Assembly: GCA_045643205.1 (NCBI GenBank)
Contig: JAZUKI010000003.1
Location: forward strand, 96,001 to 160,000
Reading direction: 5' to 3'
DNA from: Clostridia bacterium
GTDB taxonomy: Bacteria; Bacillota; Clostridia; TANB77; CAG-508
DNA length: 64,000 nucleotides
Of the stretch, positions 18,101 through 28,642 are shown one piece after another. The number at the start of each line of letters is the position of its first letter. Position 1 is the stretch's first letter. Under the pieces are notes generated by a model. That model was not told the DNA's origin. It did not search any database and worked only from the letters and a program-made list of their open reading frames with translations. Made by a program: the position numbers and the translations under genes.

Positions 18101-19333
18101 ATGGGAGAACCAAAATACAAAACAACAGAAACAGGAGCAAAGATTAATTTAGAGAAACCTCATAACAGAGCTACAGACGAATTATATGGAAATGAGACTC
18201 TAGAAGATGATTTAGTTCAAGAAATAGACCAAGAAATAGGTAACAAAAATGCTGAGGCACAAGTTAAGAAAAACAGAAAAAAATACATATTAGATGTTGT
18301 AATAATATTAGTTATTTTTGTAGGATTCTTAATTTATACAATTCAAAAAGATGGAATGCAAAATATTATAGCATTGATGGACAACTGCGATGGAAAATGG
18401 TTAGGAATAGCAGGATTATTCTTATTAGGAATGTGGGTTGCAGAAACAATTTCATTAGTACTTCCTATGAAAAAGATTTATCCAAACTTCAAAATATGGG
18501 ATTCATTCAGAATTACAATGATTGGCCAATTATTTAATAATTTAACACCATTTGCATCAGGCGGACAAGTAATGCAAGTTTATGTAATGAGTAAAGAAAA
18601 TAAAAGAGCTAGTGAAACATTATCAGTTCTTTCATTAAAATTCATTATTGGTCAAACAGTTTTAATAATATTTACATTATCAATTGTTTTATCACAATTT
18701 AATTTCTTTAAAGAATTATTTAAAGATTGGGTATGGGTTGGAATTATAGGAATTCTAATAAATATAGGAATTGTTATTTCGTTCTTCCTAGCAGGTACAA
18801 GAAAAAATTTTGTTTTAAAAATTGCAAAACCATTCATTAAACTAGGTAGCAAAATTAAATTTGGAAAGAAAAGATTAGTAAAAGATCCAGAAGATAAAAT
18901 TAATAAATTTAAAGGAAGCGTTGAACATTATAGCGAGCAATTTACAAAAATGGGAAGCCAAAAAGGTACTATCGCAGCAATGGTTATAATAAGTGTCTTC
19001 CAAAATTTATTTTATTATGCAATAACTTATGCAATATACAAAGCTTTTGGAAACAGTGGATACACATTCTTTGAAATAGTAACAACACAAGCTTTCTTAA
19101 TGCTTTTAATGTCATTTGTTCCAACACCAGGAGCAGGACTTGGAGCAGAAGGTGGCTTCTTAATATTATTCCAAGATATATTTAGAAACGGAACAATCAA
19201 TGTTTCAATCTTATTCTGGAGATTATTTATATTCTATTTACCAATAATATGTGGAGCGATATTCTTTATTCCAGCATATATTAAAATAGAAAAACAAAAT
19301 GAGAAAAAGAAGATAGAAAAAGTTGAAGCATAA
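18101..19333 (+). CDS. Lysylphosphatidylglycerol synthase TM-region (UPF0104) flippase-like membrane protein
   Basis: FNNLTPFASGGQ, PTPGAGLGAEGGF, LFWRLF motifs; multiple TM helices. Confidence 0.85.
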   Translation: MGEPKYKTTETGAKINLEKPHNRATDELYGNETLEDDLVQEIDQEIGNKNAEAQVKKNRKKYILDVVIILVIFVGFLIYTIQKDGMQNIIALMDNCDGKWLGIAGLFLLGMWVAETISLVLPMKKIYPNFKIWDSFRITMIGQLFNNLTPFASGGQVMQVYVMSKENKRASETLSVLSLKFIIGQTVLIIFTLSIVLSQFNFFKELFKDWVWVGIIGILINIGIVISFFLAGTRKNFVLKIAKPFIKLGSKIKFGKKRLVKDPEDKINKFKGSVEHYSEQFTKMGSQKGTIAAMVIISVFQNLFYYAITYAIYKAFGNSGYTFFEIVTTQAFLMLLMSFVPTPGAGLGAEGGFLILFQDIFRNGTINVSILFWRLFIFYLPIICGAIFFIPAYIKIEKQNEKKKIEKVEA

Positions 19334-19494
19334 ATAAAAATAGAAACATTTAAAACACAACAAGAACAAGGATAAAAAACAATAAAACATTTATAAATCA
19401 AGGGATTGAGAGAAATATTACATTCTCAAAAATTCCTTGATTTTAATTTTGCCATTACATATAATTTAAGTAATATTTTGAAAGGAGAAAATGT

Positions 19495-20178
19495 ATGAGA
19501 AAATATTTTGCAGAATTTTTAGGTACATTAGTACTTGTAACATTCGGATGTGGAATAGCTGTTGTTTCAGGCGGAAATCTAGTTGCTACAGCATTAGCTT
19601 TTGGTTTAGCAATTGTAGCTATGGCATATGTAATTGGAAACATTTCTGGTTGCCATGTAAATCCAGCAGTTTCATTAGCAATGTTAATTACAAAGAGAAT
19701 GGGTTTTAAAGATTTCATTTTTTATGTAATAGCTCAATTTTTAGGAGCAATCGCAGGAGCAGGATTATTATATTTAATCTTAAACAACACTGGAATGTCA
19801 TTATTAGGAAATATTCCTTTAGGAACAAACGGATTTGATGCTGCATCAGCTGTCAACATTAATATGACAGGAGCATTTATTACAGAAGTAGTATTAACTT
19901 GTGTATTTGTTTATACTATTTTAGGAGTAACAGGCGATGAGAAAAAAGGATCTGTTGCAGGAATAGTAATTGGTTTAACATTAACATTTGTTCATTTATT
20001 AGGAATTAATTTAACAGGAACATCAGTAAATCCTGCAAGAAGCTTTGGACCAGCATTAATTAGTGGTGGAGAAGCATTAGCTCAATCTTGGTTATTCATA
20101 GTAGCACCATTAGTAGGTGCAGCAATTGCAGCTTTAATATACATTATCTTAAATAAAAAGGAAGAAACAAAAGAATAA
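19495..20178 (+). CDS. aqpZ: Aquaporin Z (MIP family)
   Basis: SGCHVNPAVS and TSVNPARS NPA motifs, six TM helices. Confidence 0.92.
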   Translation: MRKYFAEFLGTLVLVTFGCGIAVVSGGNLVATALAFGLAIVAMAYVIGNISGCHVNPAVSLAMLITKRMGFKDFIFYVIAQFLGAIAGAGLLYLILNNTGMSLLGNIPLGTNGFDAASAVNINMTGAFITEVVLTCVFVYTILGVTGDEKKGSVAGIVIGLTLTFVHLLGINLTGTSVNPARSFGPALISGGEALAQSWLFIVAPLVGAAIAALIYIILNKKEETKE

Positions 20179-20280
20179 TTGAACATAAGACAAAATAAGC
20201 GATTCACTATTATATAGCGAGTAATCAAAATTATTTAATAAGACAACAAAAAAAGACTGGAAAAATCCAGTCTTTTAGTT

Positions 20281-20357
<77 letters not shown>

Positions 20358-20460
20358 ATGTATCTATGACAAAGAATATATTAACATATTTAAAGCCAAG
20401 TGTCAATATTTTTGATTTTTATATTTTAAAATGATATAATTTCAGCCGAAAGGAAGATAT

Positions 20461-21024
20461 ATGATAGTAGCACTTTTTGGTATTACAGGTGTAGGAAAAT
20501 CTTTTTTTACAGACAGCATTTGTAATAAATTAAATTTTAATAAAATATTAGCAATTCGTACTAGAGAGCCACGTGAAGGCGAAATAAATGGAGTTACAGG
20601 ATTTTTCACAACTCCAGAAGAACTAGATGAATTAGACAAAAAAGGTGAAATATTCTATAGATTTGGTGTTTTTGGTGGAGAATATGCTTATTTTAAAAAG
20701 CAGGTGGAGGCACAAGGAAACAAAATATTTGAAATGCATTACACACAATTAGATGATTGGAAAAAATTATGTGATGACTTGGTTTCAATATACATACTAC
20801 CTCAATCAATGGAAGAAGCAAAAAATAGAATTTATGCCAGACATCTTTCTAAAGATAAAGAAGAAGTTAGATTAAAAGAAATTGAAGAACAATATGAAGC
20901 AGTAGTAAATAACAAAGATGTAATTGAAAAATTTGACTATGTTTTTACTAATAATTATGATCAAGATTCAGAAGAAAAAATGATTGAATTAATTCAAACA
21001 ATAATAAATTCGGAGAAGAAATAA
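20461..21024 (+). CDS. Divergent guanylate-kinase-like P-loop kinase
   Basis: GITGVGKS Walker A, TREPREGEING GK-like motif, FDYVFTN. Confidence 0.75.
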   Translation: MIVALFGITGVGKSFFTDSICNKLNFNKILAIRTREPREGEINGVTGFFTTPEELDELDKKGEIFYRFGVFGGEYAYFKKQVEAQGNKIFEMHYTQLDDWKKLCDDLVSIYILPQSMEEAKNRIYARHLSKDKEEVRLKEIEEQYEAVVNNKDVIEKFDYVFTNNYDQDSEEKMIELIQTIINSEKK

Positions 21025-21876
21025 ATGCAAGATTTTTTTAAGTTAGATGAAGATTTTAATGAAATAATTAAAAATGTTTTATCAGAAAAAAACATTACAG
21101 AAATAGATGATATTCAAATGATTACAACAGGTTGGACAAACATTGTTTTCAAGGCGTCTTGTAAAGATGAAAAGTATTATTTTAGATTTCCAAGAGATGA
21201 CTTTTGGGAAAGAACAATTGTAAAAGATTATGAGTTTTGCAAATACATAACAGGTAAAACATCTTTTGAAACATGTAAATTAGAATTACATTACGATAGA
21301 GAAAGACCATTTAGTGTTCATAAAGAAGTACCAGGAAAGTCACTTGCAAGTGTAATGAATGAGTTGAAACAAGAAGATATTGAAAGAGTTTCAAAACAAA
21401 TTGCCAAATTCATGTATGAACTTCATAACTTAAAATATGATAAATCTGAAGTGTTTGATATTACTACAAATATAGGAAGAGATTTAAATGATTTTATAGA
21501 AGAATTATTAAGAGTTCATGTAAGCGATGAAGATTACGAGTTTTGGAAAAAAGATGATTTAATTGACAAAACAAGTGATGAAAGATGTTTAGTTCACGGA
21601 GATTTAAATTCAAGTAATATTATTTTAGATGAAGATAATAACTTAAAAGCAATTATAGATTTTGGTTTCGGAGGATTTGGAAACAAATATAACGACATAG
21701 CAAGAATAATTGGAAGATGTCCAGAACGTTTTAAAGAAGCTATATATAAGAGTTACGAAAAATTAGAAAACAAAGAACTTAATAAAGAAGAACTAGATAG
21801 AGAAATAATGGTTTGGAATAAAATAGATAGCAGTTATATAAATTACATGAGAACAATAGGAATATATGAGGGATAA
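21025..21876 (+). CDS. Aminoglycoside-phosphotransferase (APH/choline kinase-like) family protein
   Basis: GWTNIVF, YFRFPR, LVHGDLNSSNI, IIDFG. Confidence 0.85.
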   Translation: MQDFFKLDEDFNEIIKNVLSEKNITEIDDIQMITTGWTNIVFKASCKDEKYYFRFPRDDFWERTIVKDYEFCKYITGKTSFETCKLELHYDRERPFSVHKEVPGKSLASVMNELKQEDIERVSKQIAKFMYELHNLKYDKSEVFDITTNIGRDLNDFIEELLRVHVSDEDYEFWKKDDLIDKTSDERCLVHGDLNSSNIILDEDNNLKAIIDFGFGGFGNKYNDIARIIGRCPERFKEAIYKSYEKLENKELNKEELDREIMVWNKIDSSYINYMRTIGIYEG

Positions 21877-22660
21877 AATGATAAATATTGAGAAGGCAAA
21901 AGAAGAATTTTTAAAATATACAGCAGGTTATGATCATGATTCTGAAAAAATAAAAAGAAAAGAAATTCACTCATTAAGAGTTGTTGAAAAGAGTGATATG
22001 ATTGCTGATTACTTAAATTTGAATGAAGAAGATAGAAAACTAGCTGAATTAATCGGATTACTTCATGACATTGGAAGATTTGAACAAATAAGAAGATTTG
22101 ATACTTTTAGCGATGTAAAAAGTGGAGTAAATCACGGAGAATTAGGCACTGAAATTTTATTTAAAGATGGTTTAATCAGAAGATTTATTGAAGAAGATAA
22201 GTATGATGAAATTATCAGAAGAGCAATAATTAATCACAACAAAACATATATAGACACAGATTTAAATGAAAGAGAATTATTGTTTACAAAAATAATAAGA
22301 GATGCCGACAAGGCTGATATAATGTATATTATAGCAACAGAGGAAATATACACTAATATGACACCAGAAGAATATAATACAGGTGCAATTAACGAAGAAT
22401 TAATGAAACAATTTTTAAAAGATGGTTTCTTGGATTACAAATTAATAGATACACATAGCGATACATTATTAACAAGTTATGCAATGCTTGCAAATGTTTA
22501 TTATCCTGTAACTGCAAAATATATTTTGGATGGGAAATTAGTAGATATTTATACACAAAAGGTTTACGACACATATACAAATCCAGCGTTTATAAATGAT
22601 ATTGAAGTTTGTCACAAAGTTTCATATGACAGATTAAAAAAGATTGCTAAAATGCAATAG
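21866..22660 (+). CDS. HD-domain phosphohydrolase
   Basis: HSLRV, LLHDIGRFEQ, NHGELG, IRDADK. Confidence 0.88.
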   Translation: MRDKMINIEKAKEEFLKYTAGYDHDSEKIKRKEIHSLRVVEKSDMIADYLNLNEEDRKLAELIGLLHDIGRFEQIRRFDTFSDVKSGVNHGELGTEILFKDGLIRRFIEEDKYDEIIRRAIINHNKTYIDTDLNERELLFTKIIRDADKADIMYIIATEEIYTNMTPEEYNTGAINEELMKQFLKDGFLDYKLIDTHSDTLLTSYAMLANVYYPVTAKYILDGKLVDIYTQKVYDTYTNPAFINDIEVCHKVSYDRLKKIAKMQ

Positions 22661-22745
22661 ATTAAGTTGTTTATAAAAAAACGCAGTGCTATAATAACAG
22701 CGAATAAGCATAAAAAAGTAAAATTGTTTTAAGAAAGGAGAGATT

Positions 22746-24125
22746 ATGTCAGAAGAATTAACAAAAGAAGACCTAGAAGAAGTTAATAGTAAAGAGTTTG
22801 AAGACGTTAATACTACTGATGATCTTGCCAAAACAAACGATGTTTCAAAAGAAGAAAATGTAAACGATGTTGCAGCAAAGAAAATAATGGGCAATATTGA
22901 TTTGAGCGAAATAGAAAAAACACATTTACAAATTGAAACAATTTTTTCACAAGTTGCTGAAAAATATATAGAACCATATTATAAAACAGTTGATGAATGT
23001 GAAATTTATGAAAAGGCTGCAAAGGATATAGGATTACAAAGAGATTTTAAATCATTTGACAAAACAGAAATGAAAAGGTTAATGGATGAATTAACTGGAA
23101 GTATGGACTTAATAAAGGGAAGATCAGATGAAATTTGCGAAAAAATAGCAGATATAGACTTAACAAATAAAGAATATAAAGGTTCAACAAAAATACCACT
23201 AGAACAAACAAAAAAATTAAATGAAGCATTTGGTACAACTATAGATTTAATAGCTATTACAAGAGAAATAGAAAGTTGCATGCAAGAGGACGATGAAAGT
23301 ATTACACCAATCAACGACTTATATAGCAAACAAATAGAAGTTGTTAAAAGTACTTTTGTAGAATCTTTAAATGAAGAGATTACTAATTTAATAGCAGACA
23401 GTAAAATTTTAAATTTTAAAATTAAACAAAAATTAATATTAAAAGAAAAAGTTTCTCCATTAGAAAGAATAATGGGAAAAAACAAGTTGAAAGCAGCACA
23501 AATTCTTAACTATGATTTATTAGCTGAGAGAGCAGAAATATTAAGAAGCGAAGATTTAGGCGCTAAAAATATTGGAGAAAGTGTTCTAAAATTATATAAA
23601 TATATTTCAACAATCCCAGAAAAATATTACACACAAGGAATTGCTGATTTAATTGAAAATTTATCAGAATCTGGTGCTTGCAAACAATTAATAAGAGAGG
23701 CAAAAAAAGAAAGAGCAAGAGAAATAGAAGAACAACGCAAAATGTATGAACGTGGTGAAGAAATAGAAAATGAAATAACACCAGAAAAAATAAATGAAGA
23801 GAAATCACAAAAACAATTAGAAAAAGAATTTGCTGAAAATTCTTTAATGATAATAGGTAGACAAGATAAATTTTTCAAACCTTATAGAAAGGAAACAGAA
23901 AAATTACAAGCAAGAAATGAAGAACTAAAAAGGGAAATTGCAAATCTAAAAAAAATCTTTGGTAAGAATAAAAAAGGTGCAAAGAACTATATGAGAGAAA
24001 GCGTAAATAGAGAAAATCAAGAAAAGATCACAAATAGAATCAAAACAGTTATTGCTTGTTTATATGGTAAAGCAAAGGATAGAAAAAGAGAACAACAAAC
24101 ACAAATAGAAGAATCAGAAAGATAA
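22746..24125 (+). CDS. Hypothetical acidic coiled-coil protein
   Basis: 459-aa ORF with AAGGAG RBS; no recognisable motif. Confidence 0.75.
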   Translation: MSEELTKEDLEEVNSKEFEDVNTTDDLAKTNDVSKEENVNDVAAKKIMGNIDLSEIEKTHLQIETIFSQVAEKYIEPYYKTVDECEIYEKAAKDIGLQRDFKSFDKTEMKRLMDELTGSMDLIKGRSDEICEKIADIDLTNKEYKGSTKIPLEQTKKLNEAFGTTIDLIAITREIESCMQEDDESITPINDLYSKQIEVVKSTFVESLNEEITNLIADSKILNFKIKQKLILKEKVSPLERIMGKNKLKAAQILNYDLLAERAEILRSEDLGAKNIGESVLKLYKYISTIPEKYYTQGIADLIENLSESGACKQLIREAKKERAREIEEQRKMYERGEEIENEITPEKINEEKSQKQLEKEFAENSLMIIGRQDKFFKPYRKETEKLQARNEELKREIANLKKIFGKNKKGAKNYMRESVNRENQEKITNRIKTVIACLYGKAKDRKREQQTQIEESER

Positions 24126-24191
24126 AACAAACAGAAACATAAGATAAAAGAAAAAATATAAGAGATAATGAAAAGTGAAAGAGGAAAAATA

Positions 24192-24689
24192 ATGGCAGAA
24201 TCAAAAAGCAAAAAAACAAAGAATACACAAGAACAACAAAATCAACAAGAAAACCAAGGGGCACAAGCACAACAAAATCAACAAACAAATCAAGGCACTC
24301 AAAAACAACAAAACCAACAACCTAATCAAAAGTACACACCAAGACAATTTAATTATCAAGTTAATCCACAAGATAAGGTTAGATCAATTTTAGGATATGT
24401 TCTTGTTGTATGTGCAATAGTATTTTTATGTATGGATGATACAAGCAAACATTCAAAATTCCATTGTGCACAATCTATATGCTTATGGGTTGTAGCATTA
24501 GCAAGTGCAATTTTAGCAGTTATCCCAATATTAGGAATAGTAATTACAGCGTGTGTTTCATGTGCAGTATTTATATTTGCTGTATGGGGAATAATACAAG
24601 TTGCTCAAGATACACCAAATCCAGCATTACCATTAGTTGGAGATATTGCATATAGCATATTTGGAACAACAATAGAAAAAGGAAGATAA
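24192..24689 (+). CDS. DUF4870/Tic20-like membrane protein with Q/N-rich N-terminus
   Basis: KFHCAQS motif, three TM helices, LPLVG; start at the ATG after GAGG. Confidence 0.7.
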   Translation: MAESKSKKTKNTQEQQNQQENQGAQAQQNQQTNQGTQKQQNQQPNQKYTPRQFNYQVNPQDKVRSILGYVLVVCAIVFLCMDDTSKHSKFHCAQSICLWVVALASAILAVIPILGIVITACVSCAVFIFAVWGIIQVAQDTPNPALPLVGDIAYSIFGTTIEKGR

Positions 24690-24700
24690 AATAAAAAATC

Positions 24701-27112
24701 ATGAATAGATATAAACCAGAATTAAATTTCGGGTTAGATGAAGTGCAGGTACAAGAGAGATTTAGAGAAGGATATTATAATAAAGAGGCATCAAGGAAAA
24801 CAAAATCAGTTCCTCAAATCTTGAAAGAAAATACATGCACTTTATTTAATCTAGTAAACCTAATATTAGGAATATTTATTATTGCAGTAGGATCATATAA
24901 AAATTTATTCTTTTTGTTTATCGCAATTTGTAATACTGCAATAAGTACAATCCAAGAGTTAATGGCTAAGAAAGAAATAGATAAACTTTCAATTTTAACT
25001 CAAACAAAGAACACAGTAATGAGAAGCGGAAAAGAGATAGATATTCCGATAAATGAAATTGTTTTAGATGATGTAATAATGTATTCTTCAGGAAATCAAA
25101 TTTGTGTAGATAGTATAATTGAAGAAGGCGAAGTAGAAGTCAATGAATCATTTATTACAGGTGAGTCAGATACTATTTATAAAAAGAAAGGCGACATGCT
25201 TTTATCAGGAAGCTTTATAGTAAGTGGTAGAGCAATAGCAAGAGTTGAACACGTTGGTAAAGACAATTACACAACACAAATTTATGAAGGTACAAAATAT
25301 ATTAAGAAAACAAATTCAGAAATAATGAAAACATTACGTGGAATAATTAAAGTTATGACTTTAATTATAATTCCACTAGGAACAATTTTATATATTAAGC
25401 AAATTAATATTCCAAACAATACAACTCAATTATCAGTAGTAAACACAATAGCAGCAGTTATTGGAATGATACCAGAAGGATTGATGCTACTAACATCAAG
25501 TGTTTTAGCTCTAGCAAGTATTCGTCTTGCAAGAAAAAATGTAATGGTACAACAAATTTATTGCATTGAAACATTAGCAAGAGTTGATACTATTTGTTTC
25601 GACAAAACCGGAACATTAACTATTGGAAAAATGAAAGTAACAAAAGTTGTTTCACTAGATGAAACAACACATGATAATAATTACATTAGCAACGTTTTAG
25701 CAAACATGATGAAAGAATTAGAAGACAATAATACAACAGCTAATGCTGTTAGAGAGTATGCACATAATATTAAAGAAAAGTTTTTAGTAAAAAAGAAAAT
25801 TCCTTTTTCATCAAAATTAAAATATTCAGGAGTTGATTTTGAAGAAGGGAGTTACAAACTTGGTGCAAGTGAATTTATTTTAGATGAAACAAAGTTCACA
25901 ACAAAATTAGTTAATGGAAAAACTTTAAAAGAAACAATTGATGAATACTCGGCAGATTATAGAGTAATGACATTAACTGAAAATGGCGAACCTATAGCAC
26001 TAGTTTTAATTTCAGATATTATAAGAAAAGAAGCAAAAGAAACAATAAATTATTTCAAAGATCAAAAGGTAAATATAAAAATTATATCTGGAGACAATCC
26101 AATTACAGTTTCTAAAATTGCAAAAGAATGCGATATAGAAAATTATGATAGATATCTTGATATGACAACATTAAAAGAGAGCGATGATCTTAAAGAAATA
26201 GTAGAGAAATATACTATCTTTGGAAGAGTTACACCAAATCAAAAGAAAGAATTAATAATAGCATTAAAAGAAAATGGACATACAACAGCAATGACGGGTG
26301 ATGGTGTAAATGATGTTTTAGCATTAAAAGAATCAGACTGTTCAATAGCTATGGCCAATGGAAGTGATGCAACAAAGAATATTTCAGAAATTGTTTTAAC
26401 AGATTCAAATTTTGCATCAATGCCTAAAATAGTTCAAGAAGGAAGACAATCAATAAATAATATACAACGTTCAGCATCATTATTCTTAACAAAAACAACA
26501 TTTTCAACGATACTTGCATTAATATTCTTATTTGCAACTAGATCATATCCATTTATGCCAATACAAATGGGCGTTATAAATTTAGTATGTATAGGAATTC
26601 CATCATTCTTGTTAGCTTTAGAATTAAACAAGGAAAGAGTAAAAGGAAGTTTCTTAAAAAATATTATAAAGAAATCACTTCCAACTGGACTTACTGTAGT
26701 TTTTGAAATTATATTATTAACAATATTAGCAGATGTATATAGTGTTTCACAAATAGAATACTCAACATTGTGTATAGTAGGTGTCGCAACAACCGGATTA
26801 ATGCTTCTATATCAACTTGCTTACAAAACAAAATATGAAAGGAAAGTTGAAGCAGAGGATAAAAAGAGAATTATTCGATTGCCATTCTCAATATACAGAT
26901 TAGCAGTAGCAATATTAATGACATTAGGATTTATAGCAGAAGTGACAATAGGAAAAGACTTATTTGATATAAAAGCAATTTATGAATTGTGGCCAAATGT
27001 AGCATTTACAGTAGTTACAACAGCATGCATTTTTATAGCATTAAATTTCTTAATAAAATTAATATTTAAAACAAAACATAAAATAGAAAAAAGAGAAGAC
27101 GAGGAAGAATAA
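24701..27112 (+). CDS. Cation-transporting P-type ATPase (CtpE-like)
   Basis: TGES, IPEGL, DKTGTLT, SGDNP, GDGVND motifs. Confidence 0.92.
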   Translation: MNRYKPELNFGLDEVQVQERFREGYYNKEASRKTKSVPQILKENTCTLFNLVNLILGIFIIAVGSYKNLFFLFIAICNTAISTIQELMAKKEIDKLSILTQTKNTVMRSGKEIDIPINEIVLDDVIMYSSGNQICVDSIIEEGEVEVNESFITGESDTIYKKKGDMLLSGSFIVSGRAIARVEHVGKDNYTTQIYEGTKYIKKTNSEIMKTLRGIIKVMTLIIIPLGTILYIKQINIPNNTTQLSVVNTIAAVIGMIPEGLMLLTSSVLALASIRLARKNVMVQQIYCIETLARVDTICFDKTGTLTIGKMKVTKVVSLDETTHDNNYISNVLANMMKELEDNNTTANAVREYAHNIKEKFLVKKKIPFSSKLKYSGVDFEEGSYKLGASEFILDETKFTTKLVNGKTLKETIDEYSADYRVMTLTENGEPIALVLISDIIRKEAKETINYFKDQKVNIKIISGDNPITVSKIAKECDIENYDRYLDMTTLKESDDLKEIVEKYTIFGRVTPNQKKELIIALKENGHTTAMTGDGVNDVLALKESDCSIAMANGSDATKNISEIVLTDSNFASMPKIVQEGRQSINNIQRSASLFLTKTTFSTILALIFLFATRSYPFMPIQMGVINLVCIGIPSFLLALELNKERVKGSFLKNIIKKSLPTGLTVVFEIILLTILADVYSVSQIEYSTLCIVGVATTGLMLLYQLAYKTKYERKVEAEDKKRIIRLPFSIYRLAVAILMTLGFIAEVTIGKDLFDIKAIYELWPNVAFTVVTTACIFIALNFLIKLIFKTKHKIEKREDEEE

Positions 27113-27248
27113 AAATAAAAAAAGAATAAATAAGAAAAACAAATAAAAAAAGGTGACTAGAATTTCTAGACACCTTTTTTATAGTTTGTAAACTTCCAGC
27201 TAAGCCGAGGATATTTATTTTATTTAGATTATGGTTTAACTATTCATT

Positions 27249-28373
27249 TTATAGTTTAATTATTTGTTCCCAAGGTAAATAGTCTTTACCGAAGTGACCA
27301 TAGTTTGTAGTTTTCTTATAAATTGGCTTTTGCAAATCTAGAGTTTTAATAATTCCATAAGGAGTTAAATCAAAGTTTGTTTTTATTAAATCAATTAAAA
27401 ATTCTTCACTATATTTTGATATTCCAAATGTATCAACTGCAATTGAAATAGGCTCAGCAATACCAATACCATAGGCAATTTGAATTTCACATTTTTTAGC
27501 GTAGCCATTAGCAACTAAATTTTTTGCAACATATCTTGCCATATAAGAGGCAGATCTATCAACTTTTGTAGGATCTTTACCAGAGAATGCACCACCACCA
27601 TGATGAGCAACGCCGCCATAAGTATCAACAATGATTTTTCTACCAGTCAAACCACTATCTCCTAAAGGTCCACCAATAACAAATTTACCTGTAGGATTAA
27701 ATAAAAATTTAAAATCAGATAGATATTTTTCAGGTATTACAGCTTTTACAACCTTGTTTAAAACATCTTGTTTTAAATCATCTAAATCAATATTATCAAC
27801 ATGTTGAGATGAAATTAAAATTGTATCAACATCAAGAGGAAGTCCATTACTAGTGAATCTAAAAGTAACTTGAACTTTTCCATCTGGTTTTAAGAATGGA
27901 ATATCACCGTTTTTTCGAACTTCAGCAAGTTTTGCAGCAAGTTTATGAGCATAATAAATTGTAATAGGCATGTAGTTATCTGTTTCATCAGTTGCATAGC
28001 CAAACATTAAACCTTGATCACCTGCACCAAGTTTTTTATCATCTAAACTATTATCCACACCTTGTGCGATATCTGGGGATTGTTGAGATACATTAATTAG
28101 AATTTCACAATTTCTATAATCTATTCCAGTTTTAACATCATCATATCCAATTTCTTTTATTGTATTTCTTGTAATTTGATCAATATCAACTTTAGCTCTT
28201 GTTGTAATTTCACCGGTAATAAAAATTTTTCCCTTTCCAGCGACAACCTCGCAAGCAACTCTTGAGGTTGGATCCTGAATTAAACATGCATCCAAAATAC
28301 TATCTGAAATATAATCACATAATTTATCTGGATGTCCTTCTGTAACACTTTCACTTGTAAATAATTTATTCAT
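27249..28373 (-). CDS. metK: S-adenosylmethionine synthetase
   Basis: [35 protein letters not shown]; real start at 28373 after AAAGGA (the longer ORF runs through the riboswitch). Confidence 0.97.
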   Translation of the reverse strand: MNKLFTSESVTEGHPDKLCDYISDSILDACLIQDPTSRVACEVVAGKGKIFITGEITTRAKVDIDQITRNTIKEIGYDDVKTGIDYRNCEILINVSQQSPDIAQGVDNSLDDKKLGAGDQGLMFGYATDETDNYMPITIYYAHKLAAKLAEVRKNGDIPFLKPDGKVQVTFRFTSNGLPLDVDTILISSQHVDNIDLDDLKQDVLNKVVKAVIPEKYLSDFKFLFNPTGKFVIGGPLGDSGLTGRKIIVDTYGGVAHHGGGAFSGKDPTKVDRSASYMARYVAKNLVANGYAKKCEIQIAYGIGIAEPISIAVDTFGISKYSEEFLIDLIKTNFDLTPYGIIKTLDLQKPIYKKTTNYGHFGKDYLPWEQIIKL

Positions 28374-28410
28374 AAAAAATTCCTTTCTGATGAGCTTTAT
28401 TTTAAGAAAC

Positions 28411-28440
28411 AAAAACTCCTCGCAAAAGCGAGGAGTTAAA
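28411..28440 (-). terminator. Riboswitch expression-platform terminator
   Basis: AACTCCTCGCTTTTGCGAGGAGTTTTT hairpin and T-tract between aptamer and metK. Confidence 0.8.
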
Positions 28441-28456
28441 ACTTTAATGTTCATAA

Positions 28457-28556
28457 AATTTATCATCCAAAGCTTTGCTTTGTCGGTTTTAGCACCTAAC
28501 TCAATAGGTTGCTGTGGAGTCGTCGAGCCGATTCTCTCATCCACTCAAGATAAGTT
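28457..28556 (-). promoter_or_regulatory. SAM-I (S-box) riboswitch
   Basis: Minus strand CTTATC-TTGAG...GAGAGA..GGCTCGACGA...AGCAACC...GGTGCTAA...GATGATAA matches S-box consensus; upstream of metK. Confidence 0.93.
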
Positions 28557-28642
28557 TTAATTTTTATTATAATAAAATAATAATATTAGATGTCAATACT
28601 ATTTAATTTTATTATTTACAATAATCAACTTTATAATATAAA

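Noticed and set aside
28374-28544. 58-aa N-terminal extension of MetK in the ORF track
   Set aside because: It is the SAM-I riboswitch and terminator read in frame; the RBS supports a start at 28373
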